Shown one piece after another: positions 47,319-56,030 of a DNA stretch of 64,000 nt. The stretch spans positions 21,175-85,174 of the forward strand of contig JAZSOS010000023.1 of assembly GCA_045537045.1 (NCBI GenBank). The letters run 5' to 3'. Under the pieces are notes generated by a model, which was not told where the DNA came from, did no database searches, and worked only from the letters and a program-made list of their open reading frames with translations. The position numbers and the translations under genes are program-made. The DNA comes from Eubacteriales bacterium. Lineage in GTDB: Bacteria; Bacillota; Clostridia; Oscillospirales; JAAYXM01. Position 1 is the stretch's first letter. Each line of letters begins with the position of its first letter.

Positions 47319-47765
47319 TTATTTCTTAGGAATTATTTTTCTGTAAATTCGGGCAAGGACACGGCGGGATTTCCTTAAAAACATCCGCAATGGAAACGAC
47401 TTTACAATAAATACCGAGTAAAGACGGTAGCACCAATTCTCTACGGTGAAATACTTATCCTTACGGTAAAAAGCGGTGAGAACGCCGATAATATTGTCAT
47501 CCGTTATGTCATACTCATAGCTTTCACAATTATCGCCGCAAATAACATATGAATCCGGAAGTACATCCACAATTCGGTGAAGAACACACTTTTCTCCGCG
47601 TCTATACAATGGAACATCATATTTTTTCAATCTGCCGTTTACCGGAAGAATAATAACCGTATCACGCCGATTTCCCAGAAGCGGCTTCATACTTACCCCG
47701 GCAGTTGATAAAACAAGCTTTCCTTCCTCTAAAATCACCTGCTCGATGCTTTTAATCTCACTCAT
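47319..47765 (-). CDS. S24/S26-family peptidase, ER/SipW-like (Ser/His) signal-peptidase fold, no N-terminal anchor
   Basis: 148 aa. Nucleophile box GVSMKPLL, VLHRIV (His where bacterial SPase I has the KR Lys), ICGDNCES box. Basic amphipathic C-terminus. Confidence 0.75.
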   Translation of the reverse strand: MSEIKSIEQVILEEGKLVLSTAGVSMKPLLGNRRDTVIILPVNGRLKKYDVPLYRRGEKCVLHRIVDVLPDSYVICGDNCESYEYDITDDNIIGVLTAFYRKDKYFTVENWCYRLYSVFIVKSFPLRMFLRKSRRVLARIYRKIIPKK

Positions 47766-48037
47766 ACCTCAAGAAGCCCCGTCTCGGTCATCTGAGATAT
47801 CATTGCAGCTGTATCCGCCTTTGCCTTATCAATCGAAAGCTCGTATTTTCCCGCAAGACGCGCGGCAATATCAACCTCAGACAAACCCTCGGAAATCCAT
47901 TCCCATATATCAGCTGCTGAGTCGTTAAGCTTGACCATACCGTGAAAATCATGGCTTGCTTTTCCGCTTGCTATTACAATCGCCTCATCAAGAACACGGC
48001 GAAGAACAAATCCTTCTTTTATTTTCATCGCAATCAC
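47762..48037 (-). CDS. PqqD-family protein (RiPP recognition element-like)
   Basis: About 88-91 aa. LNDSAADIWEWISEGLSEVDIAARLAGKYELSIDKAKADTAAMISQMTETGLL matches the PqqD winged-helix pattern. The start is ambiguous (GTG 48037 or ATG 48028). Its stop overlaps the peptidase ATG by 4 nt. Confidence 0.8.
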   Translation of the reverse strand: MIAMKIKEGFVLRRVLDEAIVIASGKASHDFHGMVKLNDSAADIWEWISEGLSEVDIAARLAGKYELSIDKAKADTAAMISQMTETGLLEV

Positions 48038-48059
48038 TTACCCTCGTTTGTTTTTTATT

Positions 48060-48088
48060 ATTGTATCATAAAAAGAAAACAATTACAA
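48060..48088 (-). promoter_or_regulatory. sigma-A type promoter of the PqqD-peptidase pair
   Basis: TTGTAA (48088-48083), 17 nt spacer, TACAAT (48065-48060). Confidence 0.5.
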
Positions 48089-48194
48089 GCAAAAGAAGGT
48101 TAGGTAGTTAAAAACTCATGAGCTTATGGATTAACTTACTTTTGAAATAAAATATTGTATTATAGCCTTGGACAAAATAAAAGCGAGCTGTGAT

Positions 48195-49505
48195 TTACTC
48201 TCCGATACTTTTATGGTCATCAGTGGCGGGGTTATCAATAACCTCGCCGTTTTCATTAAAGCGCGAGCCGTGGCACGGGCAATCCCACGTATGCTCGGCG
48301 CGGTTATATTTGAGCACGCAGCCGAGGTGCGGACAGCGCGGTGCGGTGGGCGTTAAAAGTCCCACGGTTGATTCAAAAGCGTTGAGGGCAAGCTGCGGAC
48401 GCAGGATGCTCCGCGAAGGTGAAAAGACTTCGGCATACTTATTTGGTTTTTCGGTCACCATATCGCAGAGGATATCTGCGGCGACCATCGCATTCGTCAT
48501 CCCCCATTTATTAAAGCCAGTTGCCACGTATACATTGGGCGTGGATGCGGAATATTGCCCGATATACGGAACACCGTCCAGCGTCATACAGTCCTGAGTT
48601 GCCCATTTACCGACAATTTCTGAATTGGGGTAAGCTTTTCCGGCGAAGGCTCCAAGCTCCTGCCAGCAACCTCCCTGCTTTCCCGTGCGGTGTCCCCCTC
48701 CGCCGAGAAGCAACAACTCTCCGTATGTGCGAAATGAAAGCCCGGTTTCTGATTCATCCACGTACATTCCGTCCGGTCCTTTAGCGTTCTTGAGCGCGAG
48801 AACGTAGGAGCGGTGCTGATAGAGCTTGATGAAATATGAACCGTGCTTATTGAATATTGGAAAATGGGTTGTGACGAGAAGTTTTTTGAAGTTTATACTT
48901 CCGTGGTTGGTTAGAACTTTGTTTGGCGAAAACTCCACAACCTTTGTGTTCTCATATATGGGGAGGTTATTTGCAAGAGTATACAAGAACTTCAGCGGGT
49001 GGAACTGTGCCTGTCCACGCACACGCACTGCCCCTGCAACCTTAAACGGAAGCTCCCCGGCATCGGAAAATTCAGCTTTCGCGCCAAGGCGTTGCAAAGC
49101 TTCAATTTCCCGCTCAATCTTTCTGCGGTTATTGAGAGAATAAACGTAAGAATCTTTTATTTCAAAGTCACAGTCAACCTTGCGGCAAAGCGTGAAATAT
49201 TCTTTCATTACCTGTACCTGCGCATCCAGATAAAGCCGAGCCTTATCCTCGCCAAAGCGCTTTATCAGCTTGTCGTAAATCAATCCGTGACCGAGAGTTA
49301 TCTTTGCTGTGGTGTTTTCCGTAACGCCGCCGCAAATATTTCCGGCTTCCGCAAGCATGCAATCCACACCCGCGTTTTTTAATTTGTGTGCACACAAAAT
49401 GCCTGCGATTCCCCCGCCGACGATTAAAACGTCGGTGGTTTTGTTTTCTTTTAGTGAGCTAAACAGCACGCGCGGTGCGTTCCTTTCCCAAACCGAGTCC
49501 ATCAT
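48195..49505 (-). CDS. FAD-dependent oxidoreductase fused to a C-terminal Rieske [2Fe-2S] domain (YhfW-like)
   Basis: DVLIVGGGIAGI dinucleotide fold and C-terminal CPHLGC...CPCHGS Rieske motifs. Start at ATG 49505 (MMDSVW) directly behind GGAGGAAGT. The track start is an upstream TTG. Confidence 0.85.
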   Translation of the reverse strand: MMDSVWERNAPRVLFSSLKENKTTDVLIVGGGIAGILCAHKLKNAGVDCMLAEAGNICGGVTENTTAKITLGHGLIYDKLIKRFGEDKARLYLDAQVQVMKEYFTLCRKVDCDFEIKDSYVYSLNNRRKIEREIEALQRLGAKAEFSDAGELPFKVAGAVRVRGQAQFHPLKFLYTLANNLPIYENTKVVEFSPNKVLTNHGSINFKKLLVTTHFPIFNKHGSYFIKLYQHRSYVLALKNAKGPDGMYVDESETGLSFRTYGELLLLGGGGHRTGKQGGCWQELGAFAGKAYPNSEIVGKWATQDCMTLDGVPYIGQYSASTPNVYVATGFNKWGMTNAMVAADILCDMVTEKPNKYAEVFSPSRSILRPQLALNAFESTVGLLTPTAPRCPHLGCVLKYNRAEHTWDCPCHGSRFNENGEVIDNPATDDHKSIGE

Positions 49506-49606
49506 ACTTCCTCCGAAACATAATACAGTTAGTGTTTGCGGATTCTCAGTGAATATTCCTTCGGGTTCGTTTTGTCTATTCAAAAGCTTTTTTCCTATTT
49601 TCTATA

Positions 49607-49649
49607 AAAAGGACTGCAAAAAAGTAAATAACTTTTTTACAGTCCTTTT
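49607..49649 (-). terminator. intrinsic terminator after queH
   Basis: 10-bp outer stem AAAAGGACTG/CAGTCCTTTT plus inner 7-bp stem AAAAAGT/ACTTTTT. A U-run follows on the minus strand. Confidence 0.7.
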
Positions 49650-49650
49650 A

Positions 49651-50280
49651 TCAATTTCCACACGTAAACGAGAACTCACACCCGCAATATTCCTGACGGT
49701 AGATATCATATTTTTTTGAGAGCTCTATTGAGCGTTTATAGCCCTCTCTCTTTTTAAAATCAGACGGAAGATATGTAACTCCGTATTTCTCAGATAGCTC
49801 TTTTCCGATGCTGTTAAGAAGTGCCGCATTTTTATGCGGGCTTACCGAAAGAGTTGTCGCAAAGACATCGAAGTTCTGTTCCTTTGCAATTTCCGCACAT
49901 CTGCCAAGGCGCAGACGGAAGCACTCCGTGCATCTTGCGCCGCCTTCCCGCTCGTTCTCGAAACCGTGGGTAAAAGCGAGAAACTCCGAGTAGTCATACG
50001 GAACAGTAAGCAGCGATACGGGATTTTCAAAGCTCATCAGCTCAATGAGCTTTTTCTGTTCAGAAAGGCGTTTTTCATATTCGCTTTGTGGGTAAATATT
50101 CGGATTAAAGAAAAGCACGGTTATCTCAAAAAAAGCAGACAAATATTCAAGAACGTACGAGCTGCATGGCCCGCAACAGCTGTGAAGCAAAAGCCGCGGT
50201 CTTTTACCATTCTCGGTAAGCTCTTTTATCTTTTCATCGCATACAAGCTGGTAATTAATCTTCATGTTTTCCTCATTCAA
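49651..50280 (-). CDS. queH: epoxyqueuosine reductase QueH (DUF208)
   Basis: 209 aa. LLLHSCCGPCSS and C.EC...R Cys motifs. Confidence 0.88.
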   Translation of the reverse strand: MNEENMKINYQLVCDEKIKELTENGKRPRLLLHSCCGPCSSYVLEYLSAFFEITVLFFNPNIYPQSEYEKRLSEQKKLIELMSFENPVSLLTVPYDYSEFLAFTHGFENEREGGARCTECFRLRLGRCAEIAKEQNFDVFATTLSVSPHKNAALLNSIGKELSEKYGVTYLPSDFKKREGYKRSIELSKKYDIYRQEYCGCEFSFTCGN

Positions 50281-50962
50281 GAATTATTTCTTTTTCTCCT
50301 CCGTCACAAATCACAACAATGCAGTTTGCCGATTTAAAATAAAACTCACAATCCTCAATCCCGTTTACATCACGAAGTATGTCCCGAAGCGTTATCTCTG
50401 CCCCGTCGTTCTGCTTTACGTTATAATAATTTGCGGTATCTGACGGATATGTGGTTACACAGTAAGAATACACGTTTTCATCAGCGTAAAGCTCCGAAAC
50501 TTTACCGTAAGCACCTTCAAAATTTTCCGACTTTACCGATTCTTCGATGCTTTCGTCAATTTTTTTCTCGACATACATATTGTACATAGACATTTTGGAA
50601 TTAGCTTTAAACTCTGCGGTGCTTTCTGTTTCGACATCCGCAGCAGTCGGTGTCTCATCCGCATATACTCCGTTTTCCGCATCTGCCGTGGGTACGCTTC
50701 TTGCAAGCTCAGGCACACCCGCATCTGTACTATCAGTGCCAACTAAGCTTTCATTATGACCGCTTTTCGGAAGTGTGCTTATGCCGATAACAAGACAAAT
50801 GACAGCGCAAGCAGCAACCGGAGCAATGTGAATAAAACGTTTCCTTGCACGGCTCTTTTGCTTTTTCTCAAACTGTTTTATAGAATTTTCTATAATCTCA
50901 TCCAGTTCCCGCGGGATTTCCGTTGAATTGTATATTTCTTTTGCTTTATTAAAATCAATCAT
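50273..50962 (-). CDS. putative anti-sigma factor (single-pass membrane protein)
   Basis: Short cytoplasmic N-domain, TM helix IHIAPVAACAVICLVIGI, extracytoplasmic domain. Its start overlaps the ECF sigma stop by 8 nt. Confidence 0.6.
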   Translation of the reverse strand: MIDFNKAKEIYNSTEIPRELDEIIENSIKQFEKKQKSRARKRFIHIAPVAACAVICLVIGISTLPKSGHNESLVGTDSTDAGVPELARSVPTADAENGVYADETPTAADVETESTAEFKANSKMSMYNMYVEKKIDESIEESVKSENFEGAYGKVSELYADENVYSYCVTTYPSDTANYYNVKQNDGAEITLRDILRDVNGIEDCEFYFKSANCIVVICDGGEKEIILE

Positions 50963-51455
50963 CTTCTCCCGCCTCCTCATATACTTTTTTCAATTTTTTC
51001 AGTGCAGTATACAGACGTGTTTTTATGGTGCTTAAGTTCGTTCCCGTTATTCTCGCAATATCCGCAAGCGGAAGATCTTCAAAAAAGCGCAGAACGATAA
51101 CCGTTCTTAAGTTCTCCGGAAGATTTTCCACCATCCGGTAAACTCCGTCATCCTTATCATACGCCTTTTCGTGGTAAACACCCTCCGGCATTTCTTCGTC
51201 TGCAGTGGCGTATTCTCTGCTGTGTTTTTTCAGATAAGAATAAACCTCGTTAAGCAGAACGCGGTAAAACCACGAGTTAATCTTACTTATATCGCGTATA
51301 TCAGTGTAATGCTCAAGAGCCTTACATATGGCATTCTGAACAATATCAAGAGAAGCTTCTTTTCCTTTCGCGTAGCTGTACGCAAAGCGGTAAAACTTCT
51401 CTCTGTTTTCCGTCAGATAAGTAACCATTTCGCTGTAAATCATTTCTTTTGTCAT
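50955..51455 (-). CDS. ECF-type RNA polymerase sigma-70 factor
   Basis: Region 2 (DIVQNAICKA) and region 4 HTH (LPLADIARITGTNLSTIKTRLYTALKKL). ATG 51455 behind GAGG is preferred over GTG 51461. Confidence 0.85.
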   Translation of the reverse strand: MTKEMIYSEMVTYLTENREKFYRFAYSYAKGKEASLDIVQNAICKALEHYTDIRDISKINSWFYRVLLNEVYSYLKKHSREYATADEEMPEGVYHEKAYDKDDGVYRMVENLPENLRTVIVLRFFEDLPLADIARITGTNLSTIKTRLYTALKKLKKVYEEAGEDD

Positions 51456-51613
51456 AAGCACGCCTCGCTATGTTGCACACATTAGTTAGATAGATTTTTT
51501 CTCAAAAAAGTTTTACAAAAAAGAAAAAATATTGTTGTATCGGGTAGGTATTTTATGGTATTATATATCAGTAAGCCACAAATATATAATACCCCAAGGC
51601 GGAGGTTTTGTCA

Positions 51614-52030
51614 ATGAGGATTGTTGGTATAGACTATGGAGATAAGCGTATAGGAGTTTCCTTTTCAGATGTAATGGGTCTTCTTGCCGGAGAGAGCTTT
51701 ACAATCAACGTCACCAATCCCGAAAAGGCATTTGACGAGCTGTGCGAGAGCATAACATCAAGAAAAGCCGAGGAAATTGTTCTGGGATACCCAAAGCACA
51801 TGAATGCAGATATCGGTGACCGCGCAAAAAAAAGCGAGGAAATTGCAGAAAGACTTCGCGAACGGCTTGGTCTTCCCGTCATTCTATGGGACGAGCGATG
51901 CACCACGGTGGATGCGCACAGAATATTATCAGAAACGGGATACCACGGCAAAAAGCGCCGTGCAAAGGTTGATTCCGTTGCAGCAGCGCTTATATTACAG
52001 AACTATCTTGATTTTAAAGCAGGACGCTAA
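51614..52030 (+). CDS. ruvX: Holliday junction resolvase-like RuvX (YqgF)
   Basis: MRIVGIDYGDKRIGV N-terminus, ERCTT and ILQNYLD blocks. GGAGG lies 8 nt upstream. Confidence 0.92.
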   Translation: MRIVGIDYGDKRIGVSFSDVMGLLAGESFTINVTNPEKAFDELCESITSRKAEEIVLGYPKHMNADIGDRAKKSEEIAERLRERLGLPVILWDERCTTVDAHRILSETGYHGKKRRAKVDSVAAALILQNYLDFKAGR

Positions 52031-52039
52031 AAAGGCTTC

Positions 52040-52072
52040 GGAACGCAAAAATGCTTTTTGCGTTCCTTTTCT
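52040..52072 (+). terminator. intrinsic terminator of ruvX (palindromic, can act both ways)
   Basis: Perfect 12-bp stem GGAACGCAAAAA/TTTTTGCGTTCC, followed by TTTTCT. Confidence 0.8.
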
Positions 52073-52618
52073 TTAAGAATTTTCTTTATCGGGTGCAGGC
52101 TCTGACTGTTCCTGTTCGGCTGTTTCAGCTGTTTCAGCAAGACCATGCATAAATCCGCCAATCTTTGGCGAGCACACATCACCGCCGATAAGTTTGTTTT
52201 TATACACTATGATATTTGCAACCACTCCTTCTTCGTTGCTCGGGTGGTTGTTTACTTTATATGTATATCTCATAACACGTTTGCCTGAATAATCAGCAAG
52301 ATCCATTCCCTGACGCTTCTGGATTTCGTTATATTCATTATACACACCATCAAACACATCGGGGATTTTCACTTCCATAAACTCAAGCGGCTCGTTGTCA
52401 ACTTCCCAGCCGTATTCGTTAAGCAGTGCAACGCGCTCATCATTCGTTTTTAGTTTTCTTCCTTCAAAAATTGGTTTTTGTTCATCGGACACGGAGACCA
52501 TATTGTCGCCTGCTCCGTCGCGGATAATGACAAATGCAGAGCATATAATTATGCACAGTGCAAGGATTCCCGAAACAATCTTTCGCCTTGTAAGCTTTGT
52601 GGTAAATACTATCATCAT
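52073..52618 (-). CDS. DUF4830 domain protein (membrane-anchored)
   Basis: N-terminal TM helix followed by ERVALLNEYGWEV...GKRVMRYTYKV...GGDVCSP..GGFMHGL, typical of DUF4830. Start at ATG 52618, 6 nt after AAGGGA. Confidence 0.75.
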   Translation of the reverse strand: MMIVFTTKLTRRKIVSGILALCIIICSAFVIIRDGAGDNMVSVSDEQKPIFEGRKLKTNDERVALLNEYGWEVDNEPLEFMEVKIPDVFDGVYNEYNEIQKRQGMDLADYSGKRVMRYTYKVNNHPSNEEGVVANIIVYKNKLIGGDVCSPKIGGFMHGLAETAETAEQEQSEPAPDKENS

Positions 52619-52696
52619 ACACATTCCCTTCAAGAAATTTATATTAGATATGTATGCCGGAAAGCGGAAGATATGACTGTTTTTTTGAATATTACC

Positions 52697-52730
52697 AATA
52701 AAATAACGGACAGCCGGAAAGCTGTCCGTT
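52697..52730 (-). terminator. intrinsic terminator of the TAXI-TRAP operon
   Basis: 10-bp stem AACGGACAGC/GCTGTCCGTT (52705-52714 / 52721-52730), followed on the minus strand by AUUUUAUU. Confidence 0.75.
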
Positions 52731-52739
52731 TCTTTAGTT

Positions 52740-54692
52740 TTAAGCAGTGGGTTGTTTTGTATGATGCTTTTTGCTTATTATCTGAAGCACTATGACCGTT
52801 GCAACAAGAACAAGACCTATTACATCGGTAACCGCACCCGGATAAATAAGAAGCAAACCACCAACAGCACTGATAACGCGCTGATACCACGGCATATCCA
52901 TGAGCAGATATCCTTCAAGAGATGCCGAAACGCCGAATATACCAACAAGTGAGGTTATGCATATGAGAACAACCTCAAAGGCAGTTGTATCAACAAACAG
53001 CATAGCGGGATTGAGCGCAAACACATACGGAACGATGAACGCGCCTATTGCAAGCTTTGTTGCCGTGATTGCCGTTTTCATCGGGTTTGCCTGAGCGATT
53101 GCCGCGCCTGCATACGCCGCAAGAGCAACCGGCGGGGTAAGGTCAGCAACGATACCGAAATAGAAAACAAAGAAGTGTGCCGCAACATCCGGAACACCCA
53201 TGCGAACGAGAATCGGTGCACAGGTCGCCGCCATAATGCAGTAGTTTGCAGTAGTCGGAACACCCATACCGAGAACAATGCAGCAGAGCATTGTGAGGAA
53301 CAGAGCGACAATAACCTGATTGCCCGCGAGAGCAACGATGCCGTTAATAATGGTATTTGCAAGACCAGTCATTGTGATTGCACCTGCGATGATACCCGCA
53401 ACTCCGCAAGCTGCGGCAACAGTTATCATTCCCTGGCCGCCCGCGGCGAGCGCTTCCCATATACGCTTTGGCGTTATGCGGTTTTCCTTATTAAACAGGC
53501 TGACAACAATCGCAACTACGATAGCTATTGCAGCGGCGTACTGGATAGAATTTTTTGCTGTTCCTACAAGATAAATGAGGAGCACGAGCGGTGCAAGCAG
53601 ATAAATCTGCTTAAGAAGCGGCAAGAATCGCGGAAGCTCTTCCTTTGAAAGACCACGAAGACCTTCCTTCTTAGCCTCAAGATGAACTGCAATAAAGATA
53701 CCTGCAAAATACAGAATTGCCGGAAGAATCGCCTTAACAACAACATTACTGTACGGCATACCGAGATAATCTGCCATAAGGAACGCCGCAGCACCCATAA
53801 TCGGCGGCATAATCTGTCCGCCGGTCGATGCGGAAGCTTCTGCGGCTGCGGCAAACTCCGGCTTATAACCAGTTTTCTTCATAAGCGGGATTGTGACAGA
53901 GCCTGAACCGACTGTATTTGCAACAGACGAACCGGAAACCATTCCCTCAAGCGCACTTGCAACAACTGCAACCTTTGCCGGTCCGCCGGAAAAACCGCCG
54001 ACAACGGCGTTTGAAATCTTAATAAAGAAGTCCGCAATGCCGGTTCTTTCAAGAAATGCACCGAATATGATAAACACGACGATGAACTTCGAGCATACAT
54101 TTATCGGAGTTGAAAGAATACCCTCTTTTCCGTAGAAAAGATAATGAACAGTATAATTAAGCTTACCCCAGAAGGTGGGATTTGAAAGACCCCAGATAAG
54201 GGCATATGCAACAAAGCACGCGCCAACTATAACTATCGGAAGCCCAACACTCCGGCGGCAAACCTCACCGATTGAGATTATGCCGATTACTCCAATAATA
54301 ATCTGATACCACTGGAAGTTTGCACCCTGCTGAATAATCGTCAGCGCGTTTGCCGCGTAGTACAAAAATGCACCCGTTCCGCAAATCATGAGCACCACAT
54401 CATACCACGGCATATAATTTGCCTTCTGCGCACCCTTCTTCGCAGGAAAGACCAGATAACCAATGAATACAATGAAAGCCACGAAGGTCGTAAGGCGAAG
54501 CTCTTCAAGCCACGTTGCAAAGAGCGTTACATAAATACAGAACAGAGAAAATGCGGCAAGCACACAGTTTACAGCAATCTTTGCCTTGCCTTCCCAGATA
54601 CGGGTGTTGGATTCTCTGTCAAATTTTTTCATAACCGCGTCGAGATCCATAGGAGCCTCGGCAGCCACTGACTTTTTCTTACCGAAAAGCAC
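52740..54692 (-). CDS. TRAP transporter fused 4TM/12TM permease (TAXI type)
   Basis: 650 aa, highly hydrophobic polytopic protein, immediately downstream of a TAXI solute receptor. Confidence 0.88.
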   Translation of the reverse strand: MLFGKKKSVAAEAPMDLDAVMKKFDRESNTRIWEGKAKIAVNCVLAAFSLFCIYVTLFATWLEELRLTTFVAFIVFIGYLVFPAKKGAQKANYMPWYDVVLMICGTGAFLYYAANALTIIQQGANFQWYQIIIGVIGIISIGEVCRRSVGLPIVIVGACFVAYALIWGLSNPTFWGKLNYTVHYLFYGKEGILSTPINVCSKFIVVFIIFGAFLERTGIADFFIKISNAVVGGFSGGPAKVAVVASALEGMVSGSSVANTVGSGSVTIPLMKKTGYKPEFAAAAEASASTGGQIMPPIMGAAAFLMADYLGMPYSNVVVKAILPAILYFAGIFIAVHLEAKKEGLRGLSKEELPRFLPLLKQIYLLAPLVLLIYLVGTAKNSIQYAAAIAIVVAIVVSLFNKENRITPKRIWEALAAGGQGMITVAAACGVAGIIAGAITMTGLANTIINGIVALAGNQVIVALFLTMLCCIVLGMGVPTTANYCIMAATCAPILVRMGVPDVAAHFFVFYFGIVADLTPPVALAAYAGAAIAQANPMKTAITATKLAIGAFIVPYVFALNPAMLFVDTTAFEVVLICITSLVGIFGVSASLEGYLLMDMPWYQRVISAVGGLLLIYPGAVTDVIGLVLVATVIVLQIISKKHHTKQPTA

Positions 54693-54724
54693 TGTATAAC
54701 CTCCTATACTTAGAATACACCAAA

Positions 54725-54753
54725 TTGGCTGCGGCGTTATTCGCCGCAGCCAA
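54725..54753 (-). other. intercistronic GC-rich hairpin between the TAXI receptor and permease genes
   Basis: Perfect 12-bp stem TTGGCTGCGGCG/CGCCGCAGCCAA with a 5-nt loop. It is followed on the minus strand by UUUGGUGUAUUC. Confidence 0.7.
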
Positions 54754-54770
54754 TATTATGCTTGGCTGAT

Positions 54771-55730
54771 TTAGCCAACTGCTACATCAACGCCCTTTTC
54801 AGCAAAGTACTTTGCAGCACCTGCGTGGAACGGTACAGTCATACCGCTTGTGGCGTTTTCAATGCTGAGCTCTGCACCCTTTGCGTTTTCAGCGGTGATT
54901 GCCTCTGCATTGTCAAAAATAGCAGCTGTGAGGTTGTATACATCCTCTTCGTTTGCATCTGCATTAACGATGAGAGTTGCCTTAACCGTAACGGTCTTAA
55001 CATCTTCTGTCTGACCTGCGTATGTACCTGCCGGAACAGTGTAGACAGTGTAGAACGGGCAGGAAGCCATAAGAGCATCTGCAACAGCGCCGTCAATCGG
55101 AACAAGATATGCACTGTTTGTTGTGCAAAGCTCTGTGATTGCCGGAGTCGGAGCGCCTGCTACGATGAATGCAGCGTCAATTTTGCCGTCCTTAAGTGCA
55201 TCTGCGCTGTCAGCAAAGGACTGGTACTGAGCCTTGATATCAGCTTCAGTAAGACCTGCTGCTGTGAGGACGTCCATAGCGTTGAAGTAAACGCCGGAAC
55301 CCGGAGCGCCGATAGAAACGGACTTACCCTTAAGGTCTGCAACGCTCTTTATAGCCGGATCCATGGTAACGAGCTGGACAGATTCAGCATAAAGGCCTGC
55401 AACAGTGCGGAAGGATTCAACCTTGCCTTCAGACTCGAAGGAACGTGTGCCTTCCCAAGCGTAGGACATAACATCAGACTGAACCGTGCCGAGCTGATAG
55501 TTGCCGGCGTCAATTCCCTGAATGTTAGCCTTGGAACCGTCTGTAGAAACGACGGTGACATTGATGCCGGCGTTGTTCTTGATGTACTGACCAAGCACGC
55601 CGCCGTAACCGTAGTATGTGCCCGAAGTACCGCCGGTACCCATGGTCATACTTGTGCCCGCTCCACCGGAGCAAGCTGCCAGGGCAAAAAGCATAATCAT
55701 TGCCATGACGAGAGAGACTATTCTTTTCAT
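54771..55730 (-). CDS. TAXI-family TRAP transporter solute-binding lipoprotein
   Basis: Lipoprotein signal MKRIVSLVMAMIMLFALAAC-SG. TAXI blocks GGTSGTYYGYGG and QSDV. Start ATG 55730 behind GGAGATGGAGG. Confidence 0.88.
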   Translation of the reverse strand: MKRIVSLVMAMIMLFALAACSGGAGTSMTMGTGGTSGTYYGYGGVLGQYIKNNAGINVTVVSTDGSKANIQGIDAGNYQLGTVQSDVMSYAWEGTRSFESEGKVESFRTVAGLYAESVQLVTMDPAIKSVADLKGKSVSIGAPGSGVYFNAMDVLTAAGLTEADIKAQYQSFADSADALKDGKIDAAFIVAGAPTPAITELCTTNSAYLVPIDGAVADALMASCPFYTVYTVPAGTYAGQTEDVKTVTVKATLIVNADANEEDVYNLTAAIFDNAEAITAENAKGAELSIENATSGMTVPFHAGAAKYFAEKGVDVAVG

Positions 55731-55783
55731 AATTTCCTCCATCTCCCGGTAAGCCAAAACCGGGATTTTATTTTAACGTCATT

Positions 55784-55812
55784 ATTATACTATAATTTTC
55801 TTAGTTTTTCAA
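55784..55812 (-). promoter_or_regulatory. sigma-A type promoter of the TAXI-TRAP operon
   Basis: TTGAAA (55812-55807), 17 nt spacer, TATAAT (55789-55784). Confidence 0.5.
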
Positions 55813-56030
55813 GCGAAATTGCATTTTTTTGCAAATTAAGATGTTAACAAGCAGAAAATAACGCCGTTGTTCTTCTCTCTTCTTTCTATATGAAAAACAC
55901 ACAGCAATCTACTGTCCTACGAATCTTCCGCAGAGCGGTAACCTTTTTGCGTACATTTAAATATACTGATAATGAAAAGAGAAATAAACAAAGCTCTATG
56001 CGTTCCCTTTTATGAAAGGACGATTATATT

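Noticed and set aside
48038-48194. Search for a precursor-peptide ORF or terminator between the Rieske oxidoreductase and the PqqD gene
   Set aside because: Only a 10-codon plus-strand ORF (MSLWINLLLK) without a properly spaced SD was found. The space is accounted for by the promoter.
54762-55847. 361-aa Cys-rich ORF on the plus strand
   Set aside because: It is entirely antisense to the well-supported TAXI lipoprotein gene. It has no SD and a low-complexity C/S/N-rich composition typical of the reverse frame of a GC-rich, Ala/Gly-rich gene.
55850-56030. SigK-type promoter (AC-16/17-CATAnnnTA) upstream of dpaA
   Set aside because: I could not find a convincing CATA-type -10, only ATATACTGATAAT, so I did not annotate one.
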